Of a stretch of 64,000 bases of DNA, positions 50,164 to 61,465 are shown in pieces. The stretch covers positions 1-64,000 of the forward strand of contig NIVC01001716.1 of the NCBI GenBank assembly GCA_002269645.1, given 5' to 3'. Every line of letters starts with the position of its first letter. Positions within the stretch are counted from its first letter, which is position 1. Under the pieces are notes generated by a model, which made no database searches, had not been told where the DNA came from, and was given only the letters and a program-made list of their open reading frames with translations. This stretch comes from Macrostomum lignano (taxonomy: Eukaryota). A program made the position numbers and the translations under genes.

Positions 50164-53100
50164 TTATACAGTGTAGTTGGCATACAAAAATGACCAAGTT
50201 CAAGTTTGGTATATTCTTTATATACATAGATATAGTAGCTAAACTTTGATCAAAAGGACTAATAATGCAAAAAGCTAGCTACCAAAAATTAACAAAATAC
50301 TAAATTGAAAATTGTGTTTGGCTTTATCAAGATATTATTTGAAAATAATACAAAAAATAGGAAAAACAGTAATTTTATACACACAGTTTAGTTAAATATT
50401 AGGCCAGTTTAATTAACATTTTTTGCAAAGATTTAAACTTTGTAAGCATAAATTTAGGTTGTTATTTTTTATTTGTCTTAGCATATTTTTAGGCCTATAC
50501 AATATAAGTCCATTGGCATATATTGACATATAGAAGCTATTGATAGATTGAAATTAGATTTCAATTTCAATATTCCAAATTTTGCATTGAAATAATTTCA
50601 ATTTCAGTTTTAAATTCTAACACTATTAATCAAAAATTATTTCAAAATTTTGGTTATACTTTAACAATTAGGCATTTATAAATATATTTTATATTTACAA
50701 ATAAGAAAATCTATAAAAGTAAAAAGAAGCATAGTTTGAAGACTCAATAAAGAGATAAAAATTGTTTTTTTTGCAAGAAAAGATTGTGCAATGTTTGCAC
50801 ATTGTTCTACACCTTGTGTTGCACTTATCTTAACTTCTATAGAAGCCTACTGGCTGAACTCATTGAGTATAGATTTTAATTGGCTAAAGATTTTGAGGAA
50901 AGCTGTAATGAAATTAGTTTATTTTGATCACCAGATTAAATGACAATAAATAATAATACACTTTCTATTCTAAGTAGGCCTTTAATATATAATGTAGACT
51001 AGCTTTTTCTATTTTATAATTTTTAAATAAGCCTAAAACAAGTAATTTCAAGTATTTAGGTTTAATCACCTAAGATATTTTATAAAAATATAGGCTTGTA
51101 CATGTAGACCATATTGTAGATCATGTTACATGTATGCTGGAAAGTATTTGGCTATCTAGTAAAGTGTATGCTAGTAAATTACACTAATTAAGCATTCTAG
51201 TAAATTGTATGCCACTAAAAATTGTGTGATTAAAGAGCACATAACCAATTCAACAAGTGATAGATGCATGCAGCAAAAATTGCTGCAAAAAAACAAAACC
51301 TATATTATTTAAAAAATGGAAATTATTAATAAAACAAAATCGTTCTATATACTATTGTTTTAGGTATATTTTTTACTATTAACTATAGAAACTATAAGTA
51401 TATTATTTAAGAAATTAATTTATTGCCAAAAAAATTAAAATTAATTTTACTACAGCAAAGCCAAAGGATTCTTTAGTGTAATTTATGCAATTATAACACA
51501 TACTTGAATGCTTTTGTACACTGCACCACAAGCTGGAACATGTATAGTTATAAATTATAAGCCGATGATTGTGCCAGAAAGTTGCATTTTCTCCTTGTAC
51601 ACTACATATACACTAGCTAAAGCATTTGTATACCAGAATTTTCTGGCATATATTACACCTTCCGCAGTATGGCATGTAGATGCAAGTCATTAAACTTTCA
51701 TTGTATAATTAGCAAAAATTCAAAAGTTTATTTAGACCTAATTCAAAAAATTAGATTTAGATTATCATTTTTTAAAAGCCAAAAATTTTTTATTTCATAA
51801 CAAAAGTTTTGATCCATACTAATAGAAGCTAAAGAAGTAAATTTTATTCTAGCATACATTAATTAGCACATGATCTTGACACTAGGTCCTTTAGTATATA
51901 ACACAAAAATTGACAATAAAGGTCTATATATATATATATATCCTTATATTGTATAAATTCTATGCTACTGTTTATGGTCAAGAGTCAAGACCAGATCATT
52001 TTTACTCAATGGCAAACTTTAGCTAGAATTTAGTTCAAAGTTTTAAATTAGAAATAATTTTTAGCTAAAATTTCTAGCTAAGGCCGATTTCTATAGCAAA
52101 AAAATCCAAGCTTTCTGGTGAGGTACATATAAACCTATGAATTACTAACAGTCATGACTATCATTTCTCTATCCCTATTATCCCTATTAACAGTTATACT
52201 TAACATTTATTTTATTTCATTCTTAGTTGATCTAGAAAGCCTAGACCTTTATTGCTATATTTATACAAGGCCATTCTCGATTCTTTTATAAAATTGATAA
52301 TCATATAATTCATTTTGAATGCGTGCCAAATCTAGGAAAACACATTGTTATAATATATATTTTTCATAATATTTTACGCGAACTAATTTTTGTTTAAACT
52401 AGTAGTAAATTTTAGTATAAATAGAAGCATTTTTGGCAGAGGAGAGACCAAACTCATGCATCGCGATTCGATAATAAGACAGTTAATAGCAAATAGTAAG
52501 AGTTCCGAGTAAATGTTATTGAAGATTGTTTTCCAAGTTATTCATTTGCAGAAGAGAAGTGAAGTAGCAGAGAACACATATAGTATATACTACTAAGAAG
52601 TAGAAATAGTAAGAGAATACAAAGTAGATCCTAAATCAATATATATTAAAATAACCAGAGGCTATGACCCTTTGATCTTGGTAACACCTAGTCCTAGGAT
52701 TGGAAGTACATGCAATACATATACCAGTAAGCCAATATACTGCTCAGGCCAGAATAACAGTAAACGCTACTAGAAAAAAAGTAAATGCTATCGGAATAAC
52801 AAGATAACGATACTTGTAAGGGTTAAATAGCGTTCTAAGAACAATATACTCAGACAAATTCTCAAATATACTCAGACAACTACTCAGATATATACTCAGA
52901 CTAATTCCAAGAAACATTTCTCAGACTTATTCTAAGATTAATAAACTCAATTTATTAATAGAATAGTCTTGGTGGCAGCTACCAACATTAGAACAATTTA
53001 TAAAGACAGAAGTCAAGCCCGGTAACAACTTTGGTGACATTGTGGAATCATTTGTAGAGACAGAAGTAGAACCCCCTAGCACAACTTTGGTGGCTAACCA

Positions 53101-55083
53101 GTGTGATTTTAAATTGTACAGGAACATGCTAGCACATATTTAAATATATAGGCCTATATAAAAGCAACTATATTATAGTTTATAGATATAACCTTAGTCA
53201 TGCACTTGACAATAAAAATTTTATTAAAGTTTTGCCTTAAGATTTCTACAAAAGAAAAACCTACTATTAACAGAATTAGGCAATGATGTAGTCCTTTTAA
53301 TATTCTTTTCTAGGCAATTCTAAGCAATAGAATAAAAGGTGGCTTTGGTTTTGAGAAAACTGTATGTTTGTATATACCATATCACTCGGTTCAAGTCGCT
53401 CAACTATATATATCCAAAATTAATTGATATATGCCGTCGGAGGATATGACGTTGAGGATCTGTTGTTCACATAACTGCCTATATGCCTATGCAATAACGC
53501 ATTCGAAGAAAGCGTAGGTTAATTAGGTATTAAACCTTTTTTAAATTTACAATTTAACTCTTATTTTGACCAATTAAACAAACGAACTTTTTTTAAATTA
53601 CAATTTAGTGTAGACACAACCCATGTAACCCTTTTTATTAAAATTACTAACAAAATTGAGTCTAAAGTGCAAAATTACCAGAAATGGGACTTTTTTTCAC
53701 AACAAATCCATCTGAAATTGAAACGAACAGAAATAATTGGCAAAACATCTTGATCGAATGCATCAGAGGAATTCTGAAATGTAAACAGCAGTAAAAACAA
53801 CAAAAATGTGATAACTACACCATTCTGTGGCTCTGTGCACTCATGCATGATGCGCCGTCTAGATATTACATATATTGGATCGAGCTGTGCGCGATTGATC
53901 AGAGCTTATAAATTTGATCGGCCCGTGATGAAATCATAGCCACCGCATCTTGCGACGTGAAATATTCTTAACTACAACAACAAAAACAAAATACTTTTCC
54001 CGCCAGCCACTCAGTCGCCAGAAAGGGGGAGAAGTCAGAGAGCACGTTGTTGGGACATTTAGAGCTCCTAAAATTAATTTATTTGCACCTTGGTGAAGTA
54101 AATGCCACTACCTCCAAGTGGTCAGGGCATGAGCCGCGCTTAACTGCTGCGGCGGCCCAACAGCGGCAGGACCAAGCTGGGGCAGCGGAGCGAGCGTCGG
54201 CGTGTTGAGCGTCGGCGTGAGCAAAATCGGCGCGGTCGGCAACGTGGTGCTGCTCGTTGAGCTGCTGCCGCTCTTGCCCATACGGATCCTCTGGGTGGCG
54301 CCAGGGACCGAGAGGCTCATTTACATCGAGCCCCAGCCGTACGACAGGGCACGCTTCGGGTCGGGACCCTGAACTGCCACACTCTCAAGGCCGCCTGGCG
54401 GAGAGGGGCTCTGGCAAAGCTAGCGCTCGACCTAAGCAGTGACGTCATCACACTGCAGGAGGTGTCTATCAAGACTGACCAAGGCTTCACTTTGAGGATC
54501 TGGGCGCCGGATGGACCCTCTATTACACATCGGCGGACCAACGAGGCCGTGGAGGAGTTGGAGCGCTGGTTGGACCGAGGCTGCAGCAGAGCTGTCGCTG
54601 CGTCTCTAGCTGTCCCCTCGGCTGCTCCGGGTCGACGTTTGGCTTCGCGGCCGGAACGCTCGCCTGTTCTGCGCATACGCGCCTCCTGCCACCCGACCTG
54701 ACGAGGCTCAAGAATTCTTTGAGCAGCTCTCGGTACAGGTAGAGGTAACGGCGCAGCGCGACACAGTGATAATCCTCGGAGACCTGAACGCGGTTTTGCG
54801 TAGGTCCGAGCGGTCACTTTTCGTCACACCGCGGGAGAACGGAAACACCGGAGAGCTAGAGGACTTCCTAGAGAGGCAGGACATGGTGTCGGCCAACACC
54901 CGCTTCCGCAAGCCGCTGGGCAGGCTCGCAACTTTTGTGGGCTGCAAGCGCAGGCGGAGGAACGCGCGTGGCCGGAACGCAACACGGAGGCAGGCACAGA
55001 TCGATCATGTGCTGGTGTGCTTCCGCGAGCGCCGCCGCGTCGTCAATTGCCACGCCATCACACCGCTGGCTCTGCGTTCCGAT

Positions 55084-57421
55084 TGTCGTATCGCGTGACT
55101 CAGCGGGTGTACATTGAGTACAATCGCTGTTTTATTTTATTGATGGACTGACAATGCTTCATTGAGCGTGACTAGTGTGTGCGTTATTGGAAAACCCTTG
55201 TGCTTTTATGCATCAATTATTCTTACGTTCGCTTGTACCAAAAATATAAAAGTCGTCTAGTGAGCTCAGAGCTCAATACTTTTTGATTTCTCGCACTAAC
55301 CACTATAGAGCTGTTTTAGTGGCGACGAGGATTGTGGCTGAGCAATGCCTAACCACGCAATCGGAGAATATGAGGACTCCGAGGAAACCTGGGATGAGTA
55401 CCAGGAGCGTCTGGAGCAACATTTCCTGGTACAGGACATCACCGACGAAAGTAAAAAGAGGGCCACCCTGCTGAGCGTCTGCGGTAGGAAAACCTTCTAG
55501 TTGGCCAGAAGCCTCTGCTCTCCAGCCAAAGTCGCGGACAAATCCTATGCCGAAATATGCGAGCTGCTGAGCGCTCATTTCAACCCAAGGCCGAGTGAGA
55601 TCATTCAGAGGTTCCACTTCAATAACCGAGTTCAGCGCCCTGGAGAGTCGGTGGCAGAGTTCCTTGCGGAGCTGCGGAAGCTGGCGGAGTTCTGCAATTA
55701 CGGCGGCAGCCTGTCTGACATGCTGCGCGACAGGCTGGTGTGCGGCATTGCGGACCAGCAAATCCAGCGCCGGCTCCTGATGGAGGCCGAGCTGACCCTC
55801 GAAACTGCCAAACAGATCGCGCAAGCGGGCGAGTCAGCAGCAAAAAACTGTCAATCGCTGGGCTCAGCAGAACCTGCGACAGCGACATCGGCATCGTCAG
55901 CGACAGAGAGCGACTCCGTGCTTCGAATGGAACGACAGCGAGCGCAAGACAGCCGTCAGTCTGGAACAGAAGGCCGGCGGCTCTGTTTCCGCTGCTTGTA
56001 GACTCGCCATCCGGCAGCCATATGTCCATTCGCGGACAAACGCTGTTTCAACTGCAGCAAAATTGGGCACACCGCGAAGGCATGCAAGGCGGGGACACAG
56101 CACCAGCCAATGCACCAGCTGGTTGACCAGCAGCCTTCAGACAGCAGCTCAGCTCAGGCCGCCGAGCCGCCCAGCCCAGCCGAGGTCGCTTATCCCTTCT
56201 GGGTGCTGACCGATCGCAGGCCAGGTTTCCTCCAATCGTGACCTCTGTCTTCATCGAGGAGAAGCGATTCGAGATGGAGGTAGACACGGGGGCATCCGTA
56301 TCGCTGATGTCCGAACGTACATTCAAGGAAAACCTGGGAAGCCGATGTCTCTGTCTGCGTCAACGGTTCAGCTCAGTACGTACACCGGTCAAACCGTCCG
56401 TGTCCTCGGTCAGCTCTTCGTACGCGTGCGAGCTTCGCAAGGTTCGGCCGAGGAACAGCTGCCGCTGCTTGGTTGTCGCCGGTTGTGGTCCGAGCCTCCT
56501 TGGTCGAGACTGGCTAGACCGCCTGCGGCTGGACTGGCAATCTATCAAGCGGATGGAAGAAGCTGATGCAGCCAAGGAGTTGCTACAGGAGTTCTCAGAA
56601 GTCTTCCAAGGTCTGGGCGAGTTCAGCGGCAAGCCGGTGTCCATCAGTCTGAAGGAGAACGCCAGACCAAGGTTCTGAAGGGGGGGGGGCGGTACCGTTT
56701 GCGCTGCGCGAGAAGGTTGAGCAGCAGCTGCAGAAGGAAATCGACCAAGGAATCCTGGTGCCGGTCAAAAATTCCGACTGGGCGTCCCCGATCGTGCCGG
56801 TAATGAAGTCCGACGGCAGCGTGCGCATCTGCGCTGATTTCAAGCAGTCGGTCAACGCAGCTATCCGGCCTGAGGCTTACCCGCTGCCGAACATCGACGA
56901 GCTGTTTTCACGCTTGGCTGGCGGTAAGAAGTTCTCAAAACTGGATCTGAGCTAAGCATTTTCGCAGCTTCCCCTGGATGAGGATGCTCAAGAGCTCTGT
57001 ACCAACAACACCTCGCTGGGACTTCTTCGCTACACCCGTCTGCCTTTCGGCGTGTCGATCGCCCCCAGCGTGTTTCAGCGGGTGATGGACAGCTTACTGC
57101 AAGGAATTCCGCACTCTGCATCCTTCATCGATGATGTCATCATCACAGGCGAAGACGACGCCAGTCACCTCCGCAACCTGAGAGCAGTTCTGAAGGTCTT
57201 CAAGGAGTCCGGGCTGACCTGCAAGCTCGCTGTTTTATTTTATCGATTGACTGACAATGCTTCATTGAGCGTGACTAGTGTGTGCGTTCTTTTAAAACCC
57301 TCGTGCTTTTATGCATCAATTATTCTTACGTTCGCTTGTACCAAAAATATAAAAGTCGTCTAGTGAGCTCAGAGCTCAATACTTTTTGATTTCTCGCACT
57401 AACCACTATAGAGCTGTTTTA
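55084..57421 (+). mobile_element. Ty3/Gypsy LTR retrotransposon (K02A2.6/Mag-like), internally deleted
   Basis: 5' LTR 55084-55318; PBS TGGCGACGAGGAT from 55320 (tRNA-Ser-like). gag from ATG 55345 (MPNHAIGEY..WDEYQERLEQHF) with a premature TAG, two CCHC knuckles, protease VDTGAS, RT WASPIVPV..RICADFK..FSKLDL..FIDDVII. RT is fused to a truncated 3' LTR 57227-57421. TSD CCGAT at 55079-55083 and 57422-57426. Confidence 0.93.
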
Positions 57422-58618
57422 CCGATCATCGACTCGTCGTCTGCGACCTTCGTCTTCGCGATCTGCTCTACCGTCCGCCGAAGCGGCCACCGCGGCGCTA
57501 TTACCGGGCGCTCAAGGATGCCAACACGCACAGCCGCTTTGCTAGCGCTTTCATCACTGCGCTCGACGGTAAGCGTGGAGGTGCCGAGTACGCGGAGGTG
57601 TGCGCTGCAGTTCGAGCCGCCGCGGAACAAGCAGTCCCGCTGATGCGACCGGCCCAGCGGGAGCAGCCGGAATGGCAAGACGACCGACCCCGCGATTCGG
57701 CTAGCGAGGGAAGAGCTAGAGACACTCCGTTTGAGCAGGCGACCAACACGCGAGGCAGAGGAGGCCTTGGCGGCTGATGCCAGAGGCCGCGTGGCCTGGT
57801 CGGCTATCAATGCTCTGACGGGGCGAAAGCGGCGCATTCCGCTAAACCTGGCAGGCGACTCCGAGGACGAGCGCAGAAATGAGCTGCGTGAGTTCTTCGC
57901 CGCCATTGTCAACGCGCTGCCACCCCCGCTGCCAGACAGTCTGACGCTGCCGCCGGAGATGCCGTTGCCGGCAGAGGAGAGCTTCAGCCTAGCACCAGTC
58001 AGCCCAGCCGACGTTGTGAGGCTCGCCAACAGTCACTGGGCGGGAAAGCGCTGGGTCCGGAAGAGGTGCCCATCGAGGCGCTGCGCATCCACTGTGGGGC
58101 CAGTGAGGTCGCCAGAGTGATAAATCGCGTGCTCTTCGGTGAGGAGGCACCCAACGAATGGACCATGGCGCACATCGTCGCAGTTCCCAAGAAGCCGGGC
58201 ACCACGAGGCTTGAGAAGAATCGAGGTATCTGCCTTTAGTCCTGCGATGTGAAGTTGTTCAACCGGATGCTCGGATACGCCAGTCGATCCTGATTGTTAC
58301 CTTCATCGATTTTAAGAAGGCATTCGACTCGGTCGTCAGGTCTGTGCTCCCAAACGTACAACGTGTCAGAGCAGCTAATTTCCGCCATCATGGCGATGTA
58401 CTGTGATAGGAAAGCTTCTGTTTCAACACCGGAGGGCCTATCGGACTTCTTTGAGACATCCTCCGGGGTGATTCAGGGAGATCCGCTTGCGCCGTTCCTG
58501 TTTGTTCTGGTGCTTGACTGGGTGCTGCGGACTGCTCTTCTTACCAACGACGACGGCTTTCTGTTGCGGCGACGCGTGGGTCGACGTCAACCGGAGAGGC
58601 GGCTCAGCGTGCTTGGCT

Positions 58619-58671
58619 CAAGGACAACTTAAGTAGATATACGAGCGTATATGTTACTTGAGTAGTCCTTG
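58619..58671. mobile_element. 53-bp fold-back MITE, P-element-like termini
   Basis: CAAGGAC...GTCCTTG termini; the whole element is an imperfect hairpin; perfect 8-bp TSD GCTTGGCT at 58611-58618 and 58672-58679. Confidence 0.8.
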
Positions 58672-58864
58672 GCTTGGCTACGCCGACGACCTCGCCCTGC
58701 TGTCCTCAACTGTCGAGGGCGCCCAGCGACAACTGGACAAGCTAGTTGCTGTTGCAGTGAGTGTCGGCCTTGTGGTCAACACGCAGAAGACCGTCGTGCT
58801 TTGCGTGCCGGACAACATCGAGGCAGCAATTTTGTTCCGAGGCGCTGATGGACAGGCGACAGAG

Positions 58865-59091
58865 TGTTGTATATTGACAGAGAACACACTTGGCGCAAAG
58901 ACACAGTATGCCCCGAGTCGATTGTTTTGTTGTCTAGGGCACAATCTATTATTTTATAATAAAGTAGTTACGACACGAATCCCAAGAGGAGTTAATCAAG
59001 CGGAGCAATACGAAAGCTCGAACCGCTGAAGTGAACTTTTGTCTTCCTTACTTAAATGTAGTAGCTCCAGGTCGGAGTAGAAGACGTAACA
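58865..59091. mobile_element. Solo LTR (227 bp)
   Basis: TGTT...AACA ends, internal AATAAA, 5-bp TSD CAGAG at 58860-58864 and 59092-59096; removing it restores the LINE frame (ATE|LP). Confidence 0.85.
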
Positions 59092-59659
59092 CAGAGCTTC
59101 CGTCAGCAGTTCGTCGACCTCTGCTGTCTGGTTCCCGGCGTCCGCGAGGATTTGCGGCGTCGCCGCAGGCTTGCCTGGGCTGCCTGTGAGGGCAGTCCTG
59201 CAGTCTTACCTGACCGCCAGAGGGCGGCGATGTTCCAGGCGGTGATCGAGACTGTCCTGCTGTACAACGCCGAGACCTGGACGCTGACGGAGTCGCTCGA
59301 GCAACAAGTTGACGCGGCGCACGCTGGCCTGCTGCGTGCCGCCTTCAAGATCGGCTACGAGCGAGTGACCAACGCGGCTTTGTATCTCCGCGCCGGCCTG
59401 GTCCGTCCAAGCGACCTGCTGCGCCGTCGGCGACTCCAGCTGGCAGGCCGGCCACATCATCCGCGCCAAGTCGTACTGCCCAGAGCCGGTGCAGGAGGTG
59501 CTGCTGCTAACCCTGCAGGCACCCTACCGGCGGGGGCAGGCGCGCACTCGGCGTTTCGTCGACTGCCTACTGGCTGACGCCGGCGCCCCGGATTCGGGCG
59601 GCGGCTTGGCGTTCATTGGCGACCTGGCCTTGAACCGCGCCCTGTGACGCTAACCTGCG

Positions 59660-60430
59660 TATTCTGTTGTAGAGCCCTAAAAAAGTCCGTACCCCCTCCC
59701 CCCAGCTTGGTCCGGGGCGCCAGCATCAGTCAAAAGCCGGTCAGGAAGTCTCGCCGTTCGCCCGTGGCCTCGCCTGCGCGGTCCCTGCAGCTTGAGCAGC
59801 AGCCTTCGTGTAGCAGCTCGGGGCCGGCCTCCGACCAGATGACGTGGCCAGCCAGTCGAAGTCGTCGACCGCGCAGCCCAGCCAGAACGCCGCATCAGGT
59901 GGGCCCTTGCGTAGAGCGCTGCATTATATTAGTCTCGCTGCCTGGACCGCTGCGCACTCCGAACACCGCACGCAGCATGGCCGGATGCGCAGCGTTCAAG
60001 CTGCTTCTCCAAGGCGTCCGTGTCAGGGTCCAGGTCTCGACCGTTGTACAACAAGATAGTCTCAACGTCTACCTGAAACCCCTGAGCCCATCATCCAGGG
60101 CCTCAGAATGGAGCACGGAGCGCACAGAACGAAACGCGGTCCAGGCCAGTCCTCGTCGTCTCACTAAGGTCGTCGGCAACGTCTGGCACGAGGCCGCCAA
60201 GGTACAGGAACCGCTGGCTAAGCATGATTGCATCCCCGGCGGCGTAATTGATCCCGGCAGGCAGGTCGGAGGGTGAAGACTACCGTCTTCCGCGCGTTCT
60301 GGGAGGAGGGGCTTGTACCACCAGCACCGGCAGGGAGGAAGAGCACTGGAGGCGATCGAGGAGATGGGGCAGCTTGAGGCCGACTCGCGATGCTCGCGAT
60401 GTCAGGCCATCCAGCAGCCGCTAAGCGCCT
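59660..60430 (-). mobile_element. Degenerate 3' fragment of a related LINE, tail-to-tail with the + strand LINE
   Basis: Minus strand reads FLYLGGLVPDV, ILLYNGRDLD/ETW-like, AAHPAMLRA, LRLAGHVI and LLTDAGAPDQ, paralleling the C-terminus of the first LINE. Confidence 0.8.
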
Positions 60431-60724
60431 TCAGACTTCAAATCAGAAATCAGACTTCAGTATACTTATATTTTACCAGTGGCTTTCGCGATGCTTTTAG
60501 TGGGCATGCTTTTTACAAGTCTCATCATTATTTATAAACAATACGCACGAATTTTCTGCACCTTAAGCCCTCGATAGTATATATATTGGCCAACTTCGAA
60601 GATGCACTGTGATTCAGTCTGTATATTTAATTATAAATCGAAACATGCCCTGCACACATAAAACAATCGCCCTTCTGTACACATACACGCAGATTAAGAC
60701 TCGACTGGATTATATCATGCACAC

Positions 60725-61090
60725 GGGGGGGGCCGTAGCCCAGCGGTCTAGCGCAGGCTCTGGTGTGCCAGCGACCCAGGCTCGATTCCAAGTGCAGTCA
60801 CATTAATTTGGGGCTGAATTGGAATCTCGGCTTGGCTCTGCTCGTGTAATTAACGGCCTTGAGAGCCAACCCCCCAAGGCGCAGTGAAGTGTACATGCCT
60901 AACGATAATATAAAGTTAGGGCCGCTGTACACCTGTGTGAGTGTGTGCCTGCGTACGTATCCGCGCGCTTGTATGCCTGTTCAGAGGAGTCGGCGGAATG
61001 GGCAGTAATGCCTCTCGCCGGTTGTGTGCCTATGTCGCTTAAAGTGCGCCAGGGTGCACACAACCCCCCTGCCTCTAATAATAAATAATG
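60725..61090 (+). mobile_element. tRNA-derived SINE family A, young full-length copy
   Basis: About 8 differences from the 41071-41434 copy by eye; 10-bp TSD TCATGCACAC at 60715-60724 and 61091-61100. Confidence 0.92.
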
Positions 61091-61465
61091 TCATGCACAC
61101 ATGCAGATGACGAAAGATTCCTGAACGAGTACAAGTAGGAGTACTATAAGTAGTATATTTTATGCTGGAAAAGTATTAAATATCAATATATAACACCGAT
61201 TAATAACTCAAAGTATTTTTGTTAGTGCTTTTGCAAAAAGTAAACTGTAACTTCATTTTAACAAAAAAAATTTACCGAATATAAATGGGCAAATAAATAT
61301 TCCAGTTTGTAATCCAAATACGGGAAAACAAAAAATTGATAGAAATCAAACGACTCATAAAAATATAAAAAATCAGGAATAAAAGATTAAAATAGTTACT
61401 CCAGGGTGTAGTACTGTATAAATAGGTGTACAAAGTCCCAGCCAACATTTATGAAATTGCGTCAC

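Larger units (their letters stand above)
54070..59647 (+). mobile_element. Non-LTR retrotransposon (APE + RT, RTE/RTE-X-like), inactive, with three nested insertions
   Basis: APE motifs DVITLQEV, AYAP, IILGDLNA, ANTRFRK, QIDHVLV, SD|HRLV; RT motifs QGDPLAPFLFVLVLDWVLR, LGYADDLALL, GLVVNTQKT; C-terminal LLYNAETW, RRRRLQLAGH. Multiple stops and frameshifts. 5' boundary approximate. Confidence 0.88.

Noticed and set aside
49000-53400. NUMT or an intact AT-rich gene
   Set aside because: No recognisable mitochondrial gene or rRNA motifs and no long ORF; the hypothesis is kept only as an alternative explanation for the CpG-poor block.
54085-54170. HDV-like ribozyme at the 5' end of the RTE-like LINE (CCACT-ACCTCCA-AGTGG hairpin)
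   Set aside because: I could not build P2, P1.1 or J4/2 convincingly; an Infernal/RNArobo search would be needed.
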